NCBI GenBank assembly: GCA_014860395.1
Contig: JACZJU010000119.1
Coordinates: forward strand, 5,851-69,850
Direction: 5' to 3'
Source: Burkholderiales bacterium
GTDB lineage: Bacteria > Pseudomonadota > Gammaproteobacteria > Burkholderiales > SG8-39
Length of the DNA stretch: 64,000 nucleotides
Positions 34,556 through 42,156 of this stretch are shown one piece after another (position 1 is the first letter of the stretch; each line of letters opens with the position of its first letter). Under the pieces are notes generated by a model. That model saw only the letters and a program-made list of their open reading frames with translations. It did not search any database and was not told the DNA's origin. A program made the position numbers and the translations under genes.

Positions 34556-35011
34556 ATGACGTCGAGTTTCAAAATCCCCCGCTCCGTCCTGGTGGTGATT
34601 TACACCACCGACCTGCAAGTGCTCATGCTGGAGCGCGCCGGCTGGTCCGGTTTCTGGCAATCGGTCACGGGCAGCATAGACCACGAAGACGAGCCGTTGA
34701 TCGAGACCGCAGCGCGCGAAGTGCTGGAGGAAACCGGCATCGATACCTCGCACTACCGGCTGGAAGACTGGGGCATCGAAAGAAACTTCGAGATCTTCAA
34801 AAGGCATCGCAGCCGCTATGCACCCGGGGTGACGCATAACCTGGAACATGTATTCGGCCTGGAACTGCCCGCGATCGTGCCGGTGCGGATGGAGCCGTCC
34901 GAGCACCTGCGTTACAAATGGCTGCCGTGGAAAGAGGCGGCCGAGCGCACGCCGTCGTGGACTAATCGCGACGCCATCCTGTTGCTGCCGCACAAACGCG
35001 GTAACGCTTAA
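34556..35011 (+). CDS. nudB: dihydroneopterin triphosphate diphosphatase (Nudix)
   Basis: 151 aa. It aligns by eye along its whole length with E. coli NudB (..FWQSVTGS.., Nudix box REV.EETGI, RYAPGVT.N.E..F.L). Confidence 0.8.
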   Translation: MTSSFKIPRSVLVVIYTTDLQVLMLERAGWSGFWQSVTGSIDHEDEPLIETAAREVLEETGIDTSHYRLEDWGIERNFEIFKRHRSRYAPGVTHNLEHVFGLELPAIVPVRMEPSEHLRYKWLPWKEAAERTPSWTNRDAILLLPHKRGNA

Positions 35012-35132
35012 GAGGAACGGGCACGGCGCGGAATTTTACACAAGATCGCCGATTGCGCGCGGATGGGTTCTTCATTCGCGCGAAAATCACTGTTGCGGTT
35101 AACACCACAAAAAGCGTGAGGGTTTTATCCAA

Positions 35133-35338
35133 GATCGCTGATTGCGCACGGATGTGCTTTTCATCCGTGCGCAATCAGCGATCCGCGCGGACGGGCCGCC
35201 GTCCGCGCAAGCGCGAACGCTGCGGTTTGATGTGTCGCTAAAGGTCGATCGGTCCTGGGGTAGCAGCCATTGCGCGCTGCGCGCGCCAACCGTGCTTTTG
35301 GTACGGAGGTGAAGCGCGTCCGTACCAAAAGCACGGTT
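35133..35338 (+). repeat. 206-bp composite hairpin repeat, copy B (three modules)
   Basis: Hairpin 1 is 35133-35183 (perfect 22-bp arms). Hairpin 2 is 35185-35208 (gcgcggacgg-gccg-ccgtccgcgc). After an 80-nt spacer ending in the GC box ttgcgcgctgcgcgcgcc comes hairpin 3, 35288-35338 (20-bp arms). A degenerate extra hairpin lies at ~35050-35090. Confidence 0.8.
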
Positions 35339-35444
35339 ATGGATAAAAGCAAAGACGCCTTAGCGTTGTTCGAATATTCGATTCCAACACTGCCGCGGCC
35401 GGGCGCGCGACTTGAGTCGTGACTGTGGTTCCGAGTCTGCCGAT

Positions 35445-36542
35445 TCAGGCGTAGGCGAGGCAATTCTCGCAGACGCTGCCGCGCACGTCCTTTTTGAGGT
35501 GCGCTTCGCGTAGTTTCACGAATGCCGGCGCGTGCCACGCGTCCATGAACGATTGCTCGGTCAGGTCGCCCATGCTCCAATTCGCGGTGGCGTCGAAGCA
35601 GCAGGCTGAGAGCTTGCCATCGGCTGTGACGTGGCCCTCGGTGAATGCCGACCAGCAGGGCAGGGGCTCGCGCAAGGCGCCGATTCTCCCCTGGTTGCCG
35701 GCGCTGGGGCGATAGCCGAGTTCGGCCTCGCGCTCGGCGGCAAAGTCTCCCCCCGAGTACAAGGGGAGCCAGTAGTGCTCATCGACATAGGGGACCACGC
35801 GTTCGGCCAGCAGCGTTTCCATTCCGGCCTGCTGCTCGCCGTCGTAGCGGATGGAGGAGGCATACAGCCCGGTGTCGTAGCCGTGCGCCTGCCGCAGATC
35901 CCACGCGGCCTCGATGTTCTTCAGCGCCCAGCTAAACATCCTGCCCGACACTCCCATGAGGCGCTCGAATTGCGCCCTGTCCGTGGCGTTGACCGACCAC
36001 TTGAGCGAGTCCAGTCCGGCTTTCATGCAAGCCTCGACTGCATCCGGAAAGGCAAGCGAAGCGTTGGAGGTGAGGAACACATAGGGCATCGCCAGCTCGC
36101 GTTTGAGATAGCGGATGCACTCGATCAGCAAGCGCGGGCCCATGAAGGGCTCGCCCAGGTGAAACACGCCGATTTCCTCCACGCCGGCAATCCGCATTTC
36201 CAGCGTGATGCGCCGGAACAGGTCGAAATCCATGTCCCGTTTGGGCTGGACCTCGCGTCGGTGGAGGGCGCAGTAGCCGCAACGGTAGTTGCAGCGCGGC
36301 GATATCTCTATTTTTACGCTCTTCGGAGCAGGCGGCGCCGCCATCATGTATTCTGGCGGTATCCTGGTTACCGCGTCGATTCTGTCAGTAATCACGCCGA
36401 TCTCATGTTTCAGCCGCTGCTGCGGATCGACCGATGCTAGGGGAAACGACGCCCGCCGCGTTTGACGTGGGTCAAGGAAGACCCCGCCCCGCCCAGACAT
36501 GTGGGGAGCGTACTCTTGCGGCGGGGGCGTCACGCCGTCCAT
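35445..36542 (-). CDS. radical SAM protein with C-terminal SPASM/twitch-like Cys motif
   Basis: It has CNYRCGYC (CX3CX2C) at about residue 85 and a C-terminal C-X12-G-X4-CC plus CENC. The start is uncertain (36542 or ATG 36500). It is monocistronic. Confidence 0.8.
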   Translation of the reverse strand: MDGVTPPPQEYAPHMSGRGGVFLDPRQTRRASFPLASVDPQQRLKHEIGVITDRIDAVTRIPPEYMMAAPPAPKSVKIEISPRCNYRCGYCALHRREVQPKRDMDFDLFRRITLEMRIAGVEEIGVFHLGEPFMGPRLLIECIRYLKRELAMPYVFLTSNASLAFPDAVEACMKAGLDSLKWSVNATDRAQFERLMGVSGRMFSWALKNIEAAWDLRQAHGYDTGLYASSIRYDGEQQAGMETLLAERVVPYVDEHYWLPLYSGGDFAAEREAELGYRPSAGNQGRIGALREPLPCWSAFTEGHVTADGKLSACCFDATANWSMGDLTEQSFMDAWHAPAFVKLREAHLKKDVRGSVCENCLAYA

Positions 36543-36577
36543 AATGAGCGCCTGTCCGGAAAGCTGCCGTGAATGCC

Positions 36578-37810
36578 ATGAATAAACCGCTGGATTTGAA
36601 GGTCGAGTCGGGGCGCAGCGAGCGCACCGATTACGTGCTCTCGCGCACCGACAAGTATTTCACCAAGACGCGCCAGATCGTGGATAAGTTCGGCGACAAG
36701 AACGTGAGCTACGGTGTGTTCCTGCGCCGCGGCACCATATGCGCCATCAATCCGGCGCTGGAAATTCTCCGCGAATACTATCCGCAGGACGCGGAGCCGC
36801 TCAAGATCACGCGGCTGTATGAGGAGGGCGCCTTCGTTCCCGATCAAAAGCCCATATTCACTTATACCGGCTCCTTCTCCGCGCTGGCCGAACTCGAGAC
36901 CCTGGTCCTGCGCCGCGTAGGCACCGCCTGCGTCTCCGCCTACAACGCCTACAAGATGGCGGCCGATCTGCCCAAGGTCGCTTTCATCGACATGCACGCG
37001 CGCCACGCCTGCGGCGACGACATGTCGAATCTGGCGGCTTACGGCGCTGCGGTCGGCAGCCGCATCGCCAAGCTCTCCGGGGCGATCGGCTTCATCGGCG
37101 GCTCGCAGGACCTGACCGCGCATTTCTACGGAATGGAGGCCGGGGTGGGCACCATGCCGCACGCCATCGTCGGCTATGCCGGCTCTACGCTGAGGGCGGC
37201 GCAAATGTACGCCGAGACCCATCCGCAGGACAACCTCACCGTGCTGGTCGATTATTGCGCGCGCGAATTCAGCGACGCGCTCGATGTCTGCCGCTGGTGG
37301 TACAACGACGTGCTGCCATCCGAGCCGGCGAGCGCGCGCAAGCTGGCGTTTCGCATCGACACGCATGGAGAGCGCTATGCCGAGGGACTGGACTACGAGC
37401 AGTCGGTCGAGCTCGTCGCCGACTGGCTGCACGTGCTCAACGAGTTCGAGGCAGTGCGCGCGGTGATGGGCGAGGAAGCCTATGACTCGGACACGCTCAA
37501 CATCGTCAAGGACCGGGTGCGCAAGGTGCTGTTCGGCACCGGGGTGTCGGTGGCGAGCGTTATCAAGATGCGCGAGACCCTGGATGCCGCCGGGTTCAAT
37601 TCGGCGCGCATCGTCGCTTCGAGCGGATTCACCCCGTTCAAATGCAAGATGTTCGGCCACGCGCGCGCTCCGGTGGACGTGATCGGTACCGGTTCCTTTA
37701 TCCCGGAGGCTTTCGGCGAGACCTTCGCCACCGCCGACATTTTCATGTACGACGGCAAATTTCTGATCAAAGTCGGCCGCGAGAAGCTGTTTCAGGGCCT
37801 TAAACCCTAA
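36578..37810 (+). CDS. nicotinate phosphoribosyltransferase-family protein (archaeal/short type)
   Basis: The ORF starts at GTG 36569, and ATG 36578 is also possible. It is ~410 aa. The N-terminus (TDKYF.KT..I) and the central MPHA..G region resemble the NAPRTase/QAPRTase superfamily. The assignment is to family level only. Confidence 0.65.
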   Translation: MNKPLDLKVESGRSERTDYVLSRTDKYFTKTRQIVDKFGDKNVSYGVFLRRGTICAINPALEILREYYPQDAEPLKITRLYEEGAFVPDQKPIFTYTGSFSALAELETLVLRRVGTACVSAYNAYKMAADLPKVAFIDMHARHACGDDMSNLAAYGAAVGSRIAKLSGAIGFIGGSQDLTAHFYGMEAGVGTMPHAIVGYAGSTLRAAQMYAETHPQDNLTVLVDYCAREFSDALDVCRWWYNDVLPSEPASARKLAFRIDTHGERYAEGLDYEQSVELVADWLHVLNEFEAVRAVMGEEAYDSDTLNIVKDRVRKVLFGTGVSVASVIKMRETLDAAGFNSARIVASSGFTPFKCKMFGHARAPVDVIGTGSFIPEAFGETFATADIFMYDGKFLIKVGREKLFQGLKP

Positions 37811-37869
37811 TCAGAATCCGCCCTAAACAATCAGCGTGGCTTCGGCGATGAAAAGGCCCCGTCCTACGA

Positions 37870-37893
37870 TCAAGGGGGGTGCACCCCCCTTGA
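37870..37893. other. perfect 24-nt palindrome tcaaggggggtgcaccccccttga
   Basis: It is exactly self-complementary. It lies 60 nt after the PRTase-family stop and 108 nt before the EEP gene. No T-tract follows on either strand. Confidence 0.5.
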
Positions 37894-38001
37894 CAATCCC
37901 CCGCGCACGCAGCCAAGCCATTTTTTCGTATGCCGCGCTCGACTTGCAAGTGATTGAGTCCAGCTCCGGCGATGGCCTCATTGGGGCCGAGTGATATTGC
38001 A

Positions 38002-38742
38002 ATGAAGCTGCGGCTCGCCACCTACAACATCCACAAGGGATTTTCGCACTTCAACCGGCGCATGATGGTGCACGAGCTGCGCCATCATCTGCGCCTGCTC
38101 GATGTGGACCTGGTGTTTCTGCAGGAAGTGCAGGGCGAGCACGCGCATCACGCTCGCGACGTCCTCAACTGGCCGGTGGAGCCGCAGTACGAGTTCCTCG
38201 CCGACGAGGTGTGGGGCGACTACGCCTACGGCCGCAATGCGGTCTACGACCACGGCCACCACGGCAACGCCATACTCAGCCGCTTTCCCATCGTCAGCGC
38301 GGAGAACCAGGATGTGTCCGCCCACCGCTTCGAACAGCGCGGCATGCTTCATTGCGAAATCGCGATTGGCAAGTCGCCCCTGCATTGCCTGTGCGTGCAC
38401 TTCGGCCTGTACGAGCGCGGACGCAGGCGCCAGTTGTCGGCGCTGACCGAGCGTATACGGCGCCTGGTGCCGGCGGATGCGCCATTGATCGTCGCCGGCG
38501 ATTTCAACGACTGGCGCAATTCCGCCGGGCGCTCGCTGGTGGCCGAGCTCGATCTGAAGGAGGTGTTCCGCGACCAGCGCGGCCGGCCGGCGCGCACCTA
38601 CCCGAGCACCTTGCCGCTGCTGCGCCTGGACCGAATCTATGCGCGCGGTTTCGACGTGCGCCATGCCGAGGTGCATCACGGCCTGCCCTGGTCGCGCATC
38701 TCCGACCACGCCGCGCTGAGCGTCGAGCTCGAACTGCGATGA
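38002..38742 (+). CDS. endonuclease/exonuclease/phosphatase (EEP) family protein, YbhP-like
   Basis: ATG 38002 (MKLRLATYNIHKG..) lies inside the 37954 ORF. It has EEP motifs (LQEV, GDFND, SDH). The stop overlaps the clsB-like start (ATGA), as in the E. coli ybhP-clsB arrangement. Confidence 0.8.
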   Translation: MKLRLATYNIHKGFSHFNRRMMVHELRHHLRLLDVDLVFLQEVQGEHAHHARDVLNWPVEPQYEFLADEVWGDYAYGRNAVYDHGHHGNAILSRFPIVSAENQDVSAHRFEQRGMLHCEIAIGKSPLHCLCVHFGLYERGRRRQLSALTERIRRLVPADAPLIVAGDFNDWRNSAGRSLVAELDLKEVFRDQRGRPARTYPSTLPLLRLDRIYARGFDVRHAEVHHGLPWSRISDHAALSVELELR

Positions 38743-39893
38743 CGCTGGATTTCTCGGAAGGCAACAAGCTGCAGTTGCTCACCAATGGCAGGGGCTATTT
38801 TCCCGCGCTGCAGCGCGCGATCGATGCGGCGCAAAGCGAAATCTACCTGGAGACCTATATTTTCGCCGACGATGCCACCGGCCATCGCATCGCCGGGGCG
38901 CTGGTGCGCGCGGCCGATCGCGGCGTGAAGGTGCACGTGCTCGTCGACGGCTTCGGCTCCAAGGGCATGTTCGAGCAGACGCGCAACCTGCTCGACGCGG
39001 CCGACATCGACGTGCTGATCTTCGGCCCCAAGACTTCGCCCCTGACCTTGCGGCGCAACCGCCTGCGGCGCCTGCACCGCAAGCTCGTGGTGGTGGACGC
39101 CCGCGTGGCTTTCGTCGGCGGCATCAATATCATCGACGATATGCATACGCCGCGCCATACGCCGCCGCGCTACGACTACGCCGTGCGCATCGAGGGGCCG
39201 CTGGTGGCGCGCGTGCTGGATCAGACCGAACGTCTGTGGCGGCGCGTCGCCTGGGCGAGCCTGCAGCGCAGCGCGCAGCGGCATGCGCCTGTCCATGCTG
39301 CCGTGTGCGGCACCCAGCGTGCCGTGCTGGTGGTGCGCGACAATCTCCGCCATCGCTCCGACATCGAAGACGCCTACCTCGACGCGATCCGCGCGGCGCA
39401 CAAGGAAGTCATCATCGCCAACGCCTATTTCTTCCCCGGTGCGCGCTTCCGCCATGCGCTGCGCTCGGCGGCCGGACGCGGCGTGCGCGTAGTCCTGCTG
39501 CTGCAGGGCAAGGTCGAATACGTGCTGCTGCACTACGCCTCGCGCGCGCTGTACGGTTCGCTGCTCGACGCCGGGGTGGAGATTTACGAATATCACAAGA
39601 GTTTCCTGCACGCGAAAGTCGCGGTGATCGACAAGCGCTGGGCGACGGTGGGCTCCTCCAACATCGATCCGTTCAGCCTGATGCTGGCACGCGAGGCCAA
39701 TGTCGTCGTCGATGACGTGCATTTCTCGCAGGAGATACGCCGCAGCCTGCTCGACCATATGAAAGTCGGCGCGAGGGTGGTGGCGAAACGCATGTGGCAT
39801 CGCCAGCCGCTGTGGCGGCGCCTGCTCATCTGGAGCGCCTACGGCTTCACCCGGCTGCTGATGGGCGTGGCCGGCTACGGCGGAAAGCGTTAG
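38739..39893 (+). CDS. clsB: phospholipase D-family cardiolipin synthase B-like
   Basis: ATG 38739 lies inside the 38211 ORF. It has two HKD motifs (LHRKLVVVD.., FLHAKVAVID..GSSN), has no N-terminal TM helices, and is ~384 aa. Confidence 0.8.
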   Translation: MTLDFSEGNKLQLLTNGRGYFPALQRAIDAAQSEIYLETYIFADDATGHRIAGALVRAADRGVKVHVLVDGFGSKGMFEQTRNLLDAADIDVLIFGPKTSPLTLRRNRLRRLHRKLVVVDARVAFVGGINIIDDMHTPRHTPPRYDYAVRIEGPLVARVLDQTERLWRRVAWASLQRSAQRHAPVHAAVCGTQRAVLVVRDNLRHRSDIEDAYLDAIRAAHKEVIIANAYFFPGARFRHALRSAAGRGVRVVLLLQGKVEYVLLHYASRALYGSLLDAGVEIYEYHKSFLHAKVAVIDKRWATVGSSNIDPFSLMLAREANVVVDDVHFSQEIRRSLLDHMKVGARVVAKRMWHRQPLWRRLLIWSAYGFTRLLMGVAGYGGKR

Positions 39894-39894
39894 C

Positions 39895-41178
39895 GTGAAA
39901 CTCAAGCCCGAGGACCTGGAACGGATCAGCGCGCTCACGCTGGCGCACTACAACGAGCGCGCCGGCGATTTCTTCGAAGGCACGCGCGACCACGACGTCA
40001 GCCAGAACATCGCCGCACTGCTCGAGCACATCGAGGGCGAGCCGCCGTACACGATACTCGATTTCGGCTGCGGACCCGGCCGCGATCTGAAGACGTTTTC
40101 GGATCTGGGCCACACTGCAATAGGGCTGGACGGCGCCGCGCAGTTCGTGGAAATGGCGCGTGCCTACAGCGGCTGCGAAGCATGGCTGCAGGATTTTCAC
40201 AAACTCGACCTGCCGCATGAGCGCTTCGACGGCGTCTTCGCCAATGCCTCGCTGTTCCACGTTGCCGCACAGGAGCTGCCGCGCGTTTTGCGCGATCTGC
40301 ACGCCACGCTGAAGCCGGGCGGGGTGCTGTTCAGCTCGAACCCGCGCGGTCGCAACGAAGAAGGCTGGAACCGCGGGCGTTACGGCGCATATCACGATCT
40401 CGCCGCATGGCGCAGCCATGTCTCAGGGGCGGGATTCGTCGAGTTGACTCATTATTACCGGCCGCCCGGCTTGCCGCAGGAGCAGCAGCCCTGGTTGGCA
40501 AGCGTGTGGCGTAAACCCGCTCCGGGCGCGGCGAACCATAGTCCCGATGCCTTGTCTACCATGGAGCAAGACAGTTCAGTTTCGAAAAAATGGGAAGCCA
40601 TGCAACTCAATGATCCTGTAGGTACGCTGGACCGCGCATTCGCCGATTTGGCATTTAATTCGAAAGAGATTGTCATGGGGCTGCACTGGGACCCTCCGGA
40701 AGAAGGCGTGACTGCCGACGCCGCGGATCTGGATGCGCTGTGCGTGCTGTTCGACGCACAAGGCCGTGCGCTGGAGACTGTTTATCCCAGCCGCACGCGC
40801 AATGCCAATGGCAGCGTCATCCATACCGGAGACTCGCAAACCGGGGCGAGCGAGTGGGATGATGAAAGTATTTTTGCCTTCCTGGACGCTTTGCCGGAGG
40901 CGGTTGCAGCGCTCGCGTTTGTTGTGGTCAGTACCACTGGCCGCGCTTTCAGCGAGGTTCGCGGCGCGCGTTGCCACCTGAGCGATCGATTCACGGAGCA
41001 CGCATGGGTCCGGCTCGAACTGACCTCCCTCGACGGGCATGCGCCGCATTGCGTCGCCGCTTTGCGGCGCGGTCCGGCTGGCTGGGAAATATCCGCGGCC
41101 GCAGATATGGTCAATGACGAACTTATGGCGGAGCTGCAGTCGCTGGTCACGCGCGGGAAGATCAGCGCCAACCAGTGA
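39895..41178 (+). CDS. fusion protein: class I SAM-dependent methyltransferase (N) plus TerD-like domain (C)
   Basis: GTG 39895 is 1 nt after the clsB stop. Residues ~40-200 have MTase motif I ILDFGCGPGRD and post-I/II motifs. Residues ~240-427 have GLHWDP..DLDALCVLFDAQG..GSVIHTGDSQTG..WDDESIF..L, matching TerD-domain hallmarks. There is no stop between the two halves. Confidence 0.7.
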   Translation: MKLKPEDLERISALTLAHYNERAGDFFEGTRDHDVSQNIAALLEHIEGEPPYTILDFGCGPGRDLKTFSDLGHTAIGLDGAAQFVEMARAYSGCEAWLQDFHKLDLPHERFDGVFANASLFHVAAQELPRVLRDLHATLKPGGVLFSSNPRGRNEEGWNRGRYGAYHDLAAWRSHVSGAGFVELTHYYRPPGLPQEQQPWLASVWRKPAPGAANHSPDALSTMEQDSSVSKKWEAMQLNDPVGTLDRAFADLAFNSKEIVMGLHWDPPEEGVTADAADLDALCVLFDAQGRALETVYPSRTRNANGSVIHTGDSQTGASEWDDESIFAFLDALPEAVAALAFVVVSTTGRAFSEVRGARCHLSDRFTEHAWVRLELTSLDGHAPHCVAALRRGPAGWEISAAADMVNDELMAELQSLVTRGKISANQ

Positions 41179-41226
41179 GCGTGATCTGGCGCAGCGTCCA
41201 GCGCAGACAGAGGGTGCAGCCCCGGC

Positions 41227-41688
41227 TCAGTCCGCGTCGGGCTTGCGCCGCCGGAACATGCCGACCCCGGACATATGCATCACCAGTTCGCCGTGCTGGT
41301 TGTATATCTCCGAGCGCGAACGCACCGTGCCCATGTCGGGGCGGCTAGTCGAGGCACGTGTCTCCTGCACGGTGGCTTTTAGCCGCAGCATGTCGCCGGG
41401 GCGCACGGGCTTCACCCAGCGCAGCTCGTCGACGCCGGGCGAGCCCATGCTCGCCGCCTCCAGCAGGTAAAGGTCGCAGATCATGCGCATGCCCAGGCTG
41501 GCAGTCTGCCAGCCGCTGGCGATCAACCCGCCGAAAAAAGTCTGCTTCGCCTTTTCGCTGTCGGTATGGAAGGGCTGCGGATCGTACTTGCTGGCGAATT
41601 CGATGATCTCCTCTTCGGACAGGCTGTAGCCGCCGATTTCGCGCACCTGGCCCGGATAGAAGTCTTCCCAGTAATACTTGAAGCTCAT
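41227..41688 (-). CDS. MaoC-like (R)-hydratase/dehydratase domain protein
   Basis: 153 aa hot-dog fold, with DPQPFHTD..A....FGGLIASGW. Confidence 0.8.
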   Translation of the reverse strand: MSFKYYWEDFYPGQVREIGGYSLSEEEIIEFASKYDPQPFHTDSEKAKQTFFGGLIASGWQTASLGMRMICDLYLLEAASMGSPGVDELRWVKPVRPGDMLRLKATVQETRASTSRPDMGTVRSRSEIYNQHGELVMHMSGVGMFRRRKPDAD

Positions 41689-41697
41689 CGGCGCCTC

Positions 41698-42156
41698 CTA
41701 CTGTGCCGGCGCCCGGCGCAGGAACATCTGCCGACCGCGCATGGACAGCACGACTTCGCCGTTCTGGTTGAAGGTTTCCCAGAGAAACAGCACCGTGCCG
41801 CGGTTGGCCTGCTTCGCCGAGGGCGTGGACTCGAGCACCGTGGTTTTCAGCCGCAACGCATCGCCTGGGCGCACCGGCTTGAGCCAGCGCAGCTCCTCCA
41901 GTCCGGGCGAGCCGACGCAGGAGGTTTCGAGCAAATGCCCATCGCACATCATGCGCATGCTGAGGCTGCAAGTCTGCCAGCCGCTGGCGATGAGTCCGCC
42001 GAAAGGCGAATTCCGCGCGGCTTCGGCGTCGGTATGGAAGGACTGCGGGTCGTACTCCTGCGCGAAGCGCACGATGTCTGCCTCCGACAGCGAGCGCGGC
42101 GCGGTTTCGAACACCCGGCCCGGCGTGAAATCTTCCCAGTAGTACTTGACCGCCAT
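41698..42156 (-). CDS. MaoC-like dehydratase domain protein (tandem paralogue)
   Basis: 152 aa, roughly half identical by eye to the downstream copy. The start overlaps the aldehyde dehydrogenase stop. Confidence 0.8.
   Translation of the reverse strand: MAVKYYWEDFTPGRVFETAPRSLSEADIVRFAQEYDPQSFHTDAEAARNSPFGGLIASGWQTCSLSMRMMCDGHLLETSCVGSPGLEELRWLKPVRPGDALRLKTTVLESTPSAKQANRGTVLFLWETFNQNGEVVLSMRGRQMFLRRAPAQ

Noticed and set aside
38211-38738. N-terminal 176 codons of the 560-aa ORF that contains clsB
   Set aside because: This part overlaps the EEP gene out of frame and is Arg/Pro-rich. The clsB-like homology begins at ATG 38739, which overlaps the EEP stop.
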